Shown here piece by piece: positions 1 through 10,443 of a stretch of DNA of 64,000 nucleotides. Position numbers and translations under genes: made by a program. Location: positions 32,001 to 96,000 of the forward strand of contig JBEKGO010000002.1 of the NCBI GenBank assembly GCA_050012755.1, written 5' to 3'. The notes under the pieces are model-generated. The model did not search any database and was not told the origin of the DNA. It saw nothing but the letters and a program-made list of their open reading frames with translations. The DNA is from Candidatus Bathyarchaeia archaeon (lineage in GTDB: Archaea; Thermoproteota; Bathyarchaeia; Bathyarchaeales; Bathycorpusculaceae). Within the stretch, counting starts at the first letter, position 1; every line of letters starts with the position of its first letter.

Positions 1-1
1 G

Positions 2-103
2 GTTCCAGAAAAACTCACATCACAACAACGATTAGTTTTGGAGCAATTCGCGAAAGAATTAGGCACAGATGTGCAAACGAAAAGCCACAAATTCCGGCTC
101 TAA
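2..103 (+). CDS. dnaJ: 3' end of probable chaperone DnaJ (partial)
   Basis: Frame from position 2 reads VPEKLTSQQRLVLEQFAKELGTDVQTKSHKFRL*, resembling the DnaJ C-terminal P-x-KL-T-x-x-Q-x-x-x-L-E motif. Confidence 0.65.
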   Translation, partial: VPEKLTSQQRLVLEQFAKELGTDVQTKSHKFRL

Positions 104-138
104 ACATTTCTAAAATCTTTTTATCGCGTCCTGAGCTT

Positions 139-320
139 ACTATCAGAAACCTGAAAGTAGCCTTTTCAAACCTTTTTTGTACTTTTTGGACCTTTTTGGT
201 ACGTTTCAAACCTTTCCTAACCTTTTCCAACCTTTTTGGTACGCAGCCTGCAAAGAATTCAAATCTTGAACTGAAAAAGCAACCCAAAACACAAAGAAAA
301 AAATTTGCCAGAAAAACTGC
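139..320 (+). repeat. Dispersed element copy 1: ~10-bp-period array plus conserved core
   Basis: Units such as ACCTTTTTGG/ACCTTTCCTA with AC every 9-11 nt (170,181,190,201,210,220,230,241), then GCAGCCTGCAAAG...AAAGCAACCCAAAACACAAAGAAAAAAATTTGC. Confidence 0.85.
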
Positions 321-398
321 AAAAAAAGCTTAGATTAACTTGAAGATATTAAATAAAATAAAAAGAAAAAAAGATTTTCTGGGGAAAGCAAGGAAAAG

Positions 399-2360
399 TT
401 ATTTACTGCCTAGTTGTTTGCGCAGTTCGCTGTAGGTTGCTTTTATGTCTTCGATTGAGCCTTCGTCTTCGATTGTTGATGTGTCGCCTAGTGGTGCACC
501 GGTTAAGACTGCTTTGAGGAGTCTGCGCATGATTTTACCGCTTCGTGTTTTTGGCAGCTTGTTAACTATGATGACGGCGTCTGGAGTTGCGATTGGACCA
601 ATGGTTGTTCTAACGTGTTTTATGAGTTCAGCGCGTAATTCGTCGGATGCTATGAAGCCGCTTCTTAGGACTACGAATGCCACTGGAACTTCGCCTTTGA
701 CTGCGTCTTCTTTGCCCATGACTGCTGCTTCTGAGACAGCTGGATGAGAAACCAATGCGCTTTCAAGTTCAACTGTGCCGATTCTGTGTCCTGCTACTTT
801 GAGAACTTCGTCGGATCTGCCGAGAAGCCAGAAGTAACCATCAGGGTCACGCACTGCGTAGTCGCCTGAGAAGTATATTCCGGGCCATCTGCCATAGTAT
901 GTTTGTTTGAAACGGTCTGGGTCTTTCCATATTTGCTGAAGCATGCCTGGCCATGGTGACTTGATTACAAGTACTCCTTTGTTTCCGGGTTGCACTGGCT
1001 GTCCTTTCTCGTCATAGATGTCTGCGTTGACTGAGGGCAGGGGGAGTGTTGCGCTGCCTGGTTTTAGGGGTGTTAGTTCTATGCCTGAGGCTGGAGAAAT
1101 CATGAAGCCGCCTGTTTCTGTTTGCCACCAGGTGTCGATTATCGGTAGTCTTTCTTTGCCTATGACGCGATAATACCATTTCCAAGCTTCTGGGTTTATT
1201 GGTTCACCTACTGAGCCAAGGATACGTAATGAGCTGAGGTCATGTTTGTTCACCAGGTCTTCGCCGAATTTCATGAACATACGCACAGCAGTTGGTGTAC
1301 CGTAAAGGATAGTTATGCCATGGGTTTCAATCATTTGCCACCAGCGGTCTTGGCCTGGGTAGTCAGGTGTGCCTTCGAATAGGAATGCTGTGATTCCGCT
1401 GCTTAATGGTGCATATACGTTGTATGTGTGTCCTGTGATCCAGCCAATGTCTGCAACGCACCAGTAAATGTCTTCGTCAGTTGGGTTAAAAGCCCATTTA
1501 AGTGTCCAGTACGCCCAAACAAGGTATCCGCCTATTCCATGCTGAACACCTTTTGGTTTACCAGTAGTTCCTGAAGTGTAAAGAATGAATAGTGGGTCGG
1601 TTGATTTCATGCTTTCTGGTTCTACATAGACGTTTGCGCCTGCATTTGCAAGTGCATCGTGATACCATATATCTCTGCCTTCTTTCATCTGAACTGGTTG
1701 GCCTGTTCGTTTAACAACTACGATTTTTTCGATGTTTGGCATGAGTGGTGTTGCACGGTCCGCGTTGTCTTTGATTCCTACTGGTTTTCCTCTTCGGAAA
1801 GAGCCGTCTGCTGTAACCAGGATTTTCGCTCCGCAATCGTTTACTCTGTCTGCTAATGCTTCAGCGCTAAATCCTGAAAAGACTACTGTGTGAACTCCAC
1901 CAATTCTTGTTGTGGCAAGCAAAGTTATTGGTAATTCTGGAATAACAGGTAGGAAAACTGCGACGCGGTCGCCTTTTTTGACACCTAAGTCTTTCAGTGC
2001 TTTGGCAAATTTGTTTACTTCTCTATAAAGTTGATAATATGTGTAAGTTTTGACTTCACCCATCTCGCCTTCCCAAATGTAAGCAAGCTTGTTTTTACGG
2101 TTAGTCTTCACATGCCTGTCTAAAGCGTTGTAGCAAATGTTTAGTTCTCCGTCAGGGAACCACTTGTAAAATGGCGGGTTTGAATCGTCCAGCGCTTTGC
2201 TGAATGGCTTGAACCAGTCGATTGCTTTTGCTTTTTCTGCCCAGTATTCTTGTGGATTCTTTAGTGATTTTTCCCATTCTTGTTTGCGTTTTTCTCCGTT
2301 AGAAATTTTTGCTATACTTGGACTATACTTTTCGTTGAAAGGTAAACTAGCTTCTGTCAT
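399..2360 (-). CDS. acs: Acetyl-CoA synthetase (AMP-forming)
   Basis: YTSGTTGKPKG AMP-binding motif, DTWWQTETGG, LPKTRSGKIMRR. Confidence 0.97.
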   Translation of the reverse strand: MTEASLPFNEKYSPSIAKISNGEKRKQEWEKSLKNPQEYWAEKAKAIDWFKPFSKALDDSNPPFYKWFPDGELNICYNALDRHVKTNRKNKLAYIWEGEMGEVKTYTYYQLYREVNKFAKALKDLGVKKGDRVAVFLPVIPELPITLLATTRIGGVHTVVFSGFSAEALADRVNDCGAKILVTADGSFRRGKPVGIKDNADRATPLMPNIEKIVVVKRTGQPVQMKEGRDIWYHDALANAGANVYVEPESMKSTDPLFILYTSGTTGKPKGVQHGIGGYLVWAYWTLKWAFNPTDEDIYWCVADIGWITGHTYNVYAPLSSGITAFLFEGTPDYPGQDRWWQMIETHGITILYGTPTAVRMFMKFGEDLVNKHDLSSLRILGSVGEPINPEAWKWYYRVIGKERLPIIDTWWQTETGGFMISPASGIELTPLKPGSATLPLPSVNADIYDEKGQPVQPGNKGVLVIKSPWPGMLQQIWKDPDRFKQTYYGRWPGIYFSGDYAVRDPDGYFWLLGRSDEVLKVAGHRIGTVELESALVSHPAVSEAAVMGKEDAVKGEVPVAFVVLRSGFIASDELRAELIKHVRTTIGPIATPDAVIIVNKLPKTRSGKIMRRLLKAVLTGAPLGDTSTIEDEGSIEDIKATYSELRKQLGSK

Positions 2361-2452
2361 TTAGATCATCCTAAATTGCTGGGAATGGTAAGATCTTAAG
2401 AATATAAGTTTTTCACTTGGTTATTAGAAAATAAAAAAAGAAATTGTTGTTT

Positions 2453-3067
2453 TTAGCTTGTTGGGTAAATTGGCAAGATAGTTTTATGGTGAGATTCATT
2501 TAAGACTTCAGCTAATCCGAGATATACCGCGCTTAAGCCGCATATGACGCCTTCGATGCCTACGAATGTATTGAACGTTATTGATCCAGACAGTACGGGG
2601 TTGTTAGTTAATTCTCTTATTGCAAGCATAAAGAACAGTACAAATAAGCTACCGAACACGAATTGCAAAGCTCGATTAGCCTTCAAAGTGCCAAAGAACA
2701 TGCCGAAGGTAAAGATTCCCCACATTATGAAGTAAGCTGCCAAAGATGACGAAGACGGTGCAAAACCAGCGAATTCAGGAAACTTCGGTAAAAGCAGAAT
2801 CATAACAAGACTCCACCAGAACAAGCCATAAGAAAGGAAAGCCACAGTACCGAAAGTGTTGCCTTTTCTGAACTCCATTGCGCCAACGATAATTTGTGCT
2901 ATTCCTCCGTAAGCAATGCCCATTGCTAAAACTACAGTATCCAACGGAATAACGCCTGCATTAACCAAGTTAAGAAGCACAGTAGTCATGCCAAAGCCGA
3001 GAAGCCCGAGAGGTGCGGGATTTGCCAATTTTGTTAATAGATTATCGCTCATTTTTTGTTTCTCCAA
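2453..3067 (-). CDS. satP: Acetate uptake channel, GPR1/FUN34/YaaH (SatP) family
   Basis: [15 protein letters not shown] signature, multiple TM helices, adjacent to acs. Confidence 0.93.
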   Translation of the reverse strand: MEKQKMSDNLLTKLANPAPLGLLGFGMTTVLLNLVNAGVIPLDTVVLAMGIAYGGIAQIIVGAMEFRKGNTFGTVAFLSYGLFWWSLVMILLLPKFPEFAGFAPSSSSLAAYFIMWGIFTFGMFFGTLKANRALQFVFGSLFVLFFMLAIRELTNNPVLSGSITFNTFVGIEGVICGLSAVYLGLAEVLNESHHKTILPIYPTS

Positions 3068-3218
3068 ATGCTATCATTTTACCACTTCAATCATCATCTT
3101 TCATTTTAAAGCTTTACGGTGCTTTGACACGTTGATTTAGTGTTTACAAGATAGTTTTAGTAGTAAAGTTTATTGTAACGAACAAATTATATAGAATTCA
3201 CACTTTCTGAAAGGTGAT

Positions 3219-3929
3219 ATGATTTTAATGAAGTTCGAAACACGAATCATTGAAATTATACCTCGAACGTCCGATGTAACTAGCTACAGATTCCCTAGAC
3301 CCATAGAATTTACCTACAAACCAGGCCAAAATTTCATGATAACAATAAAACAAGAAAGCAAAGAGCTGACGCACCATTTCAGCTTTAGCAGCAGCCCAAC
3401 AGAAAAGGAACATTTTGAATTTACCAAAAAGTTAACTGACCATGAGTACTCGTTGACTCTAAAGTCGGCAAAGATTGGCGACTGGGCTTTAATAGATGCA
3501 CCATATGGACAATTCACTTTTGATGGAGAATACCCAAAAATTGCTTTGCTTGCAGGAGGCATAGGAATAACGCCGTTCATCAGCATAATCAAAAATGCAG
3601 CAGACAAACGTTTAGACGCGAAAATAACCCTTCTTTACGGTTGTCGCACTGAAAATGACATCGCATTCAAAAAAGAACTTGAAAACATGCAAAATGAAAA
3701 TAAAAACTTAAAAATGGTTTGCATAGTAAACCAGCCTTCAAACCAATGGACAGGGGAAACTGGCATAATCACGACCGACATGATTAAGAAAGCGTTACCC
3801 GACTACAAAGAAAACATATTTTACACCTGCGGACCACCGCCCATGGTAAAAGCGATGGAAGCAATTATCGAAAGCCTAGGTTTGCCTAAAAACCAGATGA
3901 AACAAGAGTATTTTACAGGTTACCCATAA
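3219..3929 (+). CDS. FAD/NAD(P)-binding oxidoreductase, ferredoxin-NADP reductase-like
   Basis: YKPGQ, FSFSSSP, LAGGIGITPF and YTCGPPPMV motifs. Confidence 0.9.
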   Translation: MILMKFETRIIEIIPRTSDVTSYRFPRPIEFTYKPGQNFMITIKQESKELTHHFSFSSSPTEKEHFEFTKKLTDHEYSLTLKSAKIGDWALIDAPYGQFTFDGEYPKIALLAGGIGITPFISIIKNAADKRLDAKITLLYGCRTENDIAFKKELENMQNENKNLKMVCIVNQPSNQWTGETGIITTDMIKKALPDYKENIFYTCGPPPMVKAMEAIIESLGLPKNQMKQEYFTGYP

Positions 3930-4069
3930 AAACAAAAGGAAAAAGATAATAAAAAAGGTTAATGAACCGAATATTTCCTCTGCAAGAGAAAAGTGTAATC
4001 ATTATTAGAGAAAATCGCCTGTAAAAAAAGGACCTATTCTAAAGGTCATATGTTAAAAGAAAAATTGTG

Positions 4070-5353
4070 TCATGGGTAAAACCTGCGAGTTGTTCTCGGG
4101 AAGGGTATTGCATCGATTATGTTGTCTAGATCAAGCATCCATGTTAAAAGGCGTTCAACCCCCATTCCGAAACCAACATGCGGCACAGTTCCATAGCGTC
4201 TTAGGTCAAGATACCACTCGTATTCTTCAGGTTTCAAACCCTGCGCTTTCATACGCTCGATAAGTAGGTCTTTGTTTTCTTCTCTTGAACCGCCTGTGCT
4301 GATCTCGCCGATTCGTGGAACCATCATGTCCACTGACATTGCAATTTCAGGATGTTCTTTGTAAGTCTTGCAGTAAAACGCTTTAATCGCTGTTGGATAA
4401 TCATAAACGAAGAATGGTTTACCGAAATCTTCAGCTAAAACCTTCTCATCTTCATAGCCTAAATCAGCACCCCAGCTCAAAGTGGGATTTTTCGCTTTAA
4501 GCCTGTCAATTGCTTCAGCGTAAGTTATGCGGGGAAATGGCGGCTGCACTGCTTTGAGCTTGTTTATGTCAGCGCCTAACTCTGCGAAATCCTTTTGGCA
4601 TTTTCCACCGATGGTTTGGCAAACATGGGTCATTAAGCCTTCTTCAAACTTCATTAAATCATCCATTTCAGCAAATGGCCATTCGCCTTCCATGTGCCAA
4701 TACTCAGTTAAATGCCTGATTGTTCTGCTTTTTTCCGCACGGAACGATGGAGCAATGCAGTAAACGTTTTCCAATGAGTAAATGAGAATTTCAAGGTAAA
4801 GCTGAGAGCTCTGTGTTAGGTATAGGTCTTGGTCGAAATATTTTAGACCGAAAAGTGTTGAGCCACCTTCGACTGCCGCTGAAATGAACATTGGTGGCGA
4901 AACCTCAGTGAAATTCTGCTGTTTGAAGTATTGGCGTGATACTTCTAAAACGTCGCCGCGAACTTTCATCATTAAATTCATTTTTCGGCTTCGGAGCCAT
5001 AGGTGACGCATGTCACGGATGAATTCTTCGCTTTTATCTTTTGCGATTGGGAATGTTTCTGCTAAACCGATAATTGTGATGTTTTCTGCGCTGATTTCAT
5101 ATCCGCCTGGAGCGCGTTTGTCTTCTTTTGCGGTACCCTCAAGGGTCAGCGAAGATTCAATTGTTAACCGTTGCGCTTCACTCCAACCGAGGCTGGTTTT
5201 CTTTACTGTACATTGGATTACCCCTGTTGAATCGCGGATTAATAGGAAAATGAGTTCTTTTCCTTCACGTTTGCGGTAAACCCAGCCGCGGACTGTTACT
5301 TTCTGGTCTTGGCAGCATCCTTCTAACACTTCGCTTATTTTTACTATAGCCAT
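4070..5353 (-). CDS. asnS: Asparagine--tRNA ligase
   Basis: N-terminal OB fold, YLTQSSQLYLE, FRAEKSRTIRHLTEY, YGTVPHVGFGMGVER. Confidence 0.93.
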   Translation of the reverse strand: MAIVKISEVLEGCCQDQKVTVRGWVYRKREGKELIFLLIRDSTGVIQCTVKKTSLGWSEAQRLTIESSLTLEGTAKEDKRAPGGYEISAENITIIGLAETFPIAKDKSEEFIRDMRHLWLRSRKMNLMMKVRGDVLEVSRQYFKQQNFTEVSPPMFISAAVEGGSTLFGLKYFDQDLYLTQSSQLYLEILIYSLENVYCIAPSFRAEKSRTIRHLTEYWHMEGEWPFAEMDDLMKFEEGLMTHVCQTIGGKCQKDFAELGADINKLKAVQPPFPRITYAEAIDRLKAKNPTLSWGADLGYEDEKVLAEDFGKPFFVYDYPTAIKAFYCKTYKEHPEIAMSVDMMVPRIGEISTGGSREENKDLLIERMKAQGLKPEEYEWYLDLRRYGTVPHVGFGMGVERLLTWMLDLDNIIDAIPFPRTTRRFYP

Positions 5354-5500
5354 CGAGCATCAACCATTTCCAATTAATACTTATTTTCAAACCTAAATGC
5401 CTATCGTTTCAAGTTATTCTTCACAATTTAGAAAATGATTAATGAAAAAACGGTGAAGTTTGGGTTTTACAGAAAAAAAATATTAAGCATGATTTTTCAG

Positions 5501-5575
5501 CCTGTGGTGTACGTGTGGCTACTATAGGCACTTCTGTGTACTTGCTTGTACTTTGAAGCACCTCTGTTTACGCGG
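5501..5575 (+). repeat. Degenerate 10-bp-period array (TAC/CAC anchors), no adjacent core
   Basis: gtAC gtgtggctAC tataggcAC ttctgtgtAC ttgcttgtAC tttgaagcAC ctctgtttAC gcgg. Confidence 0.6.
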
Positions 5576-5644
5576 TCTCCAAACAAGTCAGCTTAGACTC
5601 AGAAAACCAACTTAAAGCAAGCTGAAAAAAATGCTGTCCAAAAC

Positions 5645-5760
5645 TGACCTTTTTAGACCTTTCCGAACCTTTTTAAACCGCAACCTGCAAAAGATTTAAG
5701 CTTAAAAGCAAAAAAGCAAACCAAAACACAAAGAACAAAATTTGCGCAAAAATCCGTCAA
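5645..5760 (+). repeat. Dispersed element copy 2: 10-bp array plus conserved core
   Basis: ACCTTTTTAG ACCTTTCCGA ACCTTTTTAA ACC then GCAACCTGCAAAAGATTTAAG...AAAGCAAACCAAAACACAAAGAACAAAATTTGC. Confidence 0.85.
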
Positions 5761-5870
5761 TAATAGCGAAAACAACAAGATAATTGAGAAACAAGAAAGC
5801 AACATTTCTGCACATCGATGATTGTTAATTTGCCCCGCAATTCTTAAATCGCCCTTGCTATGAGCATAGT

Positions 5871-7253
5871 TTGATTAAAATAATGCAAGGCTCTCCCGAA
5901 TCAAACTACAAACTTAAAGCATTGAAAATTTCAGCGGTTGCAATCTTTAGCGTTGTTATTGTTGAAGTTTCAGTAGGTTTAACCGTTAACAGTCTAGCTA
6001 TTTTGAGCGACGGTTTACACGCTTTACTTGATGCTGTGTCAACTATTATGTTGTTTTTTGCGGTTCGCGCTTCAATCAAACCCCCTGACGAAGAACACAC
6101 TTACGGACATGAAAAGTTTGAAACGATAGGTGGACTCATCGGTGGCATAGTGTTAATTGCAGTTGCATTCTTAATTTTTTATGAAGCTGCCCTTAGACTA
6201 ATACATATAACGCCTATTGCTCAAAGCGTAGAGTTTGCAGGCTTCATCGCAATCGCTTACGCTCTTTTCATAGCTTCTTTAAGGGTAACGGTTTTCAGGA
6301 AAACAGCACATATTGAGAGCCCTTCAATGAGAGTTGGTCTTTACGACGCCATTTCCGATTTAAGCTCGACCTTGATTGCGCTATTGGGGTTTGGCTTGGC
6401 CACTTTAGGCTTTTTATACGGAGATGCCATAGCTTCAATCTTCCTTGGAGTTATGCTTAGTTATTTGAGCGTTAAACTTGTCAGATTCAGCGTAATGGAA
6501 CTCAGTGACACCGCTTCAAAAGAGCTTGTTCAGAAAACAAGAAAAGTAATTCTTTCACATCAAGAAGTTGTGAAAACCGAGAATCTAAAAGTCCGAAAAG
6601 TAAGCTCTAAAGTTTTCATTGAGGCCTCAGTGCAGGTTTCAAGTCATATGAGCTTGGAAGAAGCACACTCTTTGGCATCCAAAATTGAAGATGACCTAAA
6701 ACAAACATTCGGAAACGTAGATGCAACCACTCATATTGAACCATCTGAAAAAGATGCAACAATGGATCTGTTAGTGCAGAACCTTGCTATGGTAGATGGG
6801 GTAAAAGAGGTACATGAAATCTCCACTATTTACACTGGCGGCAAATTCTACATAACCTTGCATGCTTATGTTAACCCTGAACTGTCCGTCGCAGAAGCAC
6901 ATAAAATCGCTGAGATCATAGAACAAAGAATGCATTCTGAAATTAAACCACTTGAAAATGTGACGGTTCATGTTGAGCCCTCAAACATAGCGGGTCCATC
7001 CATCGTTGTAGATGAAGTTCAACTCAAAAATCTTGTCGACGAAATTACTAAAGGTATAGCGGCTCATATACATATAAGGAAAATAGTAACCTACGCCGCT
7101 GAAGGAAAACGATATATTAACATCGACTGCTGCTTCACCGAGCAAATCCAAATAAAAGAAGCACACAAAATCGCATCACAAATTGAAAAAGAAACCAAAG
7201 AACGCTTTGCAAACGCAGTTGTAACTGTTCATATTGAACCTGAATGCGCGTAA
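5871..7253 (+). CDS. Cation diffusion facilitator transporter with three tandem C-terminal ZT_dimer domains
   Basis: SLAILSDGLHALLD, PPDEEHTYGHEKFE; three EAHxxAxxIE...H(I/V)EP repeats. Confidence 0.9.
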   Translation: MIKIMQGSPESNYKLKALKISAVAIFSVVIVEVSVGLTVNSLAILSDGLHALLDAVSTIMLFFAVRASIKPPDEEHTYGHEKFETIGGLIGGIVLIAVAFLIFYEAALRLIHITPIAQSVEFAGFIAIAYALFIASLRVTVFRKTAHIESPSMRVGLYDAISDLSSTLIALLGFGLATLGFLYGDAIASIFLGVMLSYLSVKLVRFSVMELSDTASKELVQKTRKVILSHQEVVKTENLKVRKVSSKVFIEASVQVSSHMSLEEAHSLASKIEDDLKQTFGNVDATTHIEPSEKDATMDLLVQNLAMVDGVKEVHEISTIYTGGKFYITLHAYVNPELSVAEAHKIAEIIEQRMHSEIKPLENVTVHVEPSNIAGPSIVVDEVQLKNLVDEITKGIAAHIHIRKIVTYAAEGKRYINIDCCFTEQIQIKEAHKIASQIEKETKERFANAVVTVHIEPECA

Positions 7254-7370
7254 ATCTATAATGAAATAATGACAAAAGGAATTGTGAACAAACTTTCTGA
7301 AATAAATGGGGGTAATACTTTAATTATCATGAAATACAGATATTGTAACAGTCTGAAAGTGAAGAGAATT

Positions 7371-9605
7371 ATGCTATCTCGCTCAGCGGTAGTAAAGCTA
7401 AAAGCAATTTTCGTAATTGATCTAATTATTGTTGGCGCTGCAGCTGGAGCCTTCTTTTATCTTCAAAATGAAGGTATGATAGCACATGGGATCAAACCAG
7501 CCAAGTTTACACTGCAAGACCTAACTATCAGCCCTTCGGGAGCAAATGTCGGTGATTCCGTTCAAATTTCAGTTAATGTCACAAATGTTGGCGACTTAGG
7601 AGGCAACGACACAGTTAATTTTGAAATAAATGGCACCATTAAAGATGTTGAAAATCTAACTTTGGCAGCGGGCGACTCTGAAATAGTTTTGTTTAACGAT
7701 GTCGAAACAAAAGAAGGAAGCTACACTGTTGCAGTCGGTGCTCTGACGGGAAACTTTACAATTAACCCAGCACCGCCTGAATCAAGTAAAATCATCATAT
7801 CAAATTTGGTGGCAGATCCATATGAGGTTTGGACCAATGATACAGTTACCTTAGCGGTAAACGCACAAAATCCTAGTACAGAAGACGATAAACTCAGAGT
7901 TACAGTGACAGTTGATGATATAGTTGTGGAAACTTCTACAATTAAATTAGCGGCTGGAGCAGCCCAAAGTATTGCGTTCAATGTTACGGCGACAACTGAA
8001 GGAACACATAAGGTTAAGGTAAACACGTTGTCTGGTTCTTTCAAAGTCGTTGCGACTGGTTACCACACGATTGAAGTTACTAGATCAGGCGGCGGTAGCA
8101 CAGCCTTGCCCTTTACGTTTGACGGACAAGCAGAAACCATGCCATATTTTGCGCTTCTTCCAGTAGGAGAACACTCCATATCTGTTCCATCGCCTTTTAA
8201 CGTTGGGACTGGCGTATTGGCATTTTCAAGTTGGAACGACGGAGTTAATAGCGCTTCAAGAACGATCGATTTGGAAGAATGGACTATATTGGTTGCTACA
8301 TACACTGTAATTAGTGGATATGCATCATGCCCATCGCTATATACTTGGAATGGAACGGGCTACTCTTACGTTACTGATGTGGCAAACTCAGGATGGCTTG
8401 GCTATCTAGGAACGATAAGTAACATAGGCACAATTACATTCACCGGAGGAAATCCGTGGGATTATGTAAAACTTGACAAAAGCCAACTAGCAACAAAAAT
8501 TGTTAATGGAAACAGCTACTTCGACATGGTTCTTTCTCAAGAATGGGATGAACTTTTCTATTTAGACTCAGCAACCTTGGTGGCTGTTGACCACCCAGTA
8601 GGCACAGACGCTTACACAACCATGACCAATTATCTAAACAAAGGTTCAACAGGACAGATTTACACAGTAAACTCAAGTAACCTCTTGTCACCCATTGCAG
8701 CAACCGATGGAAATGGAAAAAACGTTCTTCCCGACATCTTGAAACAAGATGGAGTTTTCATTCCTGCCACATATGGAGACCAAAGTTCAGCGTGGAACAA
8801 CATAACAATGAACCAGCTAACAGTTGATCTTGGTAATCTATCTTCGGCTCAACAAATAAAACTCGTATTTACTGCAATTGTGGATTGGGGACCATATCAA
8901 TCCTATTACAACTGGATAAACCAATTCAAGAATGCAGCTGCTCAGGGACTAGTACCAAACGGCACAGTACTTACACCTGATTCATACATGGAAATAAAAG
9001 CTGCAAATGGCACCTGGGTACGCGTTCCACAAGACAGACAGATACCAATACCTTCAGATTCCAACCCTAGAACTTTTGTCGTAGATTTAACAGGACTTTT
9101 CCCACAAGGCATAAATGACTATCAAATACGAATAAGCAACTTCTGGAACGTAACCTACGACTACATAGGAATAGACACAAGTAATCAACAAAATATTACA
9201 GTCCAAAAAATCAGTCCTATTGCAACTCTCAGCCAATTCTGCAGCACAAATTCCACTTCTTCTGGAAACTTCACAAGGTACGGTGATGTAACAGCGTTAG
9301 TTCAAAATGTAGATGATATGTTTGTAATTGGAAGACAAGGTGACCAAGTTGAGCTTGAATTCCCAACGGGCAACCTTTCGGCGCCTGCACCAGGTATGGT
9401 GAGAGATTATTTCCTATTCATATCCTGTTGGTTTAAAGACCCGCCGGGAGAATGGGGATACGGGTTTAATTTTACAGTTAACCCGATGCCGTTTATGGCT
9501 ATGAGTGGATTTCCGTATCCAGCAAGCGAGAGTTACCCCTATGACGCATCACACTTAGCTTACCTCGAACAATTTAATACAAGGGTAATACCGCCTTCAA
9601 ACTAG
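7371..9605 (+). CDS. Membrane-anchored extracellular protein with CARDB/Ig-like domains and a large C-terminal domain
   Basis: N-terminal TM helix; two CARDB-like repeats (ISVNVTNVGD, LAVNAQNP); SCPSLYTWNG motif; likely start ATG 7371 within ORF 7269..9605. Confidence 0.75.
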   Translation: MLSRSAVVKLKAIFVIDLIIVGAAAGAFFYLQNEGMIAHGIKPAKFTLQDLTISPSGANVGDSVQISVNVTNVGDLGGNDTVNFEINGTIKDVENLTLAAGDSEIVLFNDVETKEGSYTVAVGALTGNFTINPAPPESSKIIISNLVADPYEVWTNDTVTLAVNAQNPSTEDDKLRVTVTVDDIVVETSTIKLAAGAAQSIAFNVTATTEGTHKVKVNTLSGSFKVVATGYHTIEVTRSGGGSTALPFTFDGQAETMPYFALLPVGEHSISVPSPFNVGTGVLAFSSWNDGVNSASRTIDLEEWTILVATYTVISGYASCPSLYTWNGTGYSYVTDVANSGWLGYLGTISNIGTITFTGGNPWDYVKLDKSQLATKIVNGNSYFDMVLSQEWDELFYLDSATLVAVDHPVGTDAYTTMTNYLNKGSTGQIYTVNSSNLLSPIAATDGNGKNVLPDILKQDGVFIPATYGDQSSAWNNITMNQLTVDLGNLSSAQQIKLVFTAIVDWGPYQSYYNWINQFKNAAAQGLVPNGTVLTPDSYMEIKAANGTWVRVPQDRQIPIPSDSNPRTFVVDLTGLFPQGINDYQIRISNFWNVTYDYIGIDTSNQQNITVQKISPIATLSQFCSTNSTSSGNFTRYGDVTALVQNVDDMFVIGRQGDQVELEFPTGNLSAPAPGMVRDYFLFISCWFKDPPGEWGYGFNFTVNPMPFMAMSGFPYPASESYPYDASHLAYLEQFNTRVIPPSN

Positions 9606-9720
9606 CATTTCCCAGAAAAACAGCTCACAACGACAAAAAAGGCAACATGTAAATCATGTCTAAACCTTTAAATGGTTATTTTCTTATTTTGCTTAATAAA
9701 AACTTTGCAAGAGCACAATT

Positions 9721-10419
9721 ATGTCATTAATACCCCAACTCTCTAATCCGTATTTAGGAGCGCTTATTGGCGGTTTGGTGTATGGATTAGCGGTTTGTAC
9801 TGCAACTTGCCTCCCGTATGTAGCAAGCTACATTGCAGGAACCGGCGCTGATTTCCGCAAGGGTGTTATCATAACGGCATTTTTTAATTCAGGAAGAATT
9901 GCAAGTTACGCAATAATTGGAGGATTAGTCGGTTTGTTTAGCGGTCTATTCCGATTATTTGTTTCCAGTTCAGCTATTTCGCCATTTCAAATTTATTCTT
10001 CATTTGCCTTTGGTATAGTAACCATATTAATCGGCAGTTATATTTTGCTCAAGCTAAAATCAGGGTCCACATGCGATTCTCAACATGTTAAAGCAATAGA
10101 TATGAATAAGAAAACAGGCAGATTTGGGTTTGATTTTGGCGCTTTTTCCCTTGGTCTAAGCAGAGGACTAATCATATGTCCACCTTTGATAGCACTTCTA
10201 GTTTATTCGCTGCCATTTTCTAGTCCAGTGGGTAGTGTAGGTTTGGCTGTTTTGTTTGGTTTAGGAACAACGATTTCCCCGATACTCTTTCTCGGGGGAC
10301 TCACGGGCTGGCTTCTTAATAAAGCACCATTACTCAGAAAATGGATTTCCATTGCAGGTGCAGGAATACTAATAGTGCTTGGAATTGTTACGTTAATCAA
10401 TTCAGCAATCCAAATTTAG
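9721..10419 (+). CDS. DsbD_2/TauE-like (cytochrome c biogenesis-type) membrane protein
   Basis: VCTATCLP, GRIASY, ICPPL, FGLGT motifs; polytopic membrane protein. Confidence 0.8.
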   Translation: MSLIPQLSNPYLGALIGGLVYGLAVCTATCLPYVASYIAGTGADFRKGVIITAFFNSGRIASYAIIGGLVGLFSGLFRLFVSSSAISPFQIYSSFAFGIVTILIGSYILLKLKSGSTCDSQHVKAIDMNKKTGRFGFDFGAFSLGLSRGLIICPPLIALLVYSLPFSSPVGSVGLAVLFGLGTTISPILFLGGLTGWLLNKAPLLRKWISIAGAGILIVLGIVTLINSAIQI

Positions 10420-10443
10420 CAATAATTGAAATGAGGAAAAAAA

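Noticed and set aside
15-287. 90-aa K/R-rich ORF on the minus strand
   Set aside because: It is a translation of the 10-bp array and core, overlaps the dnaJ end, and the frame is broken by stops in other copies
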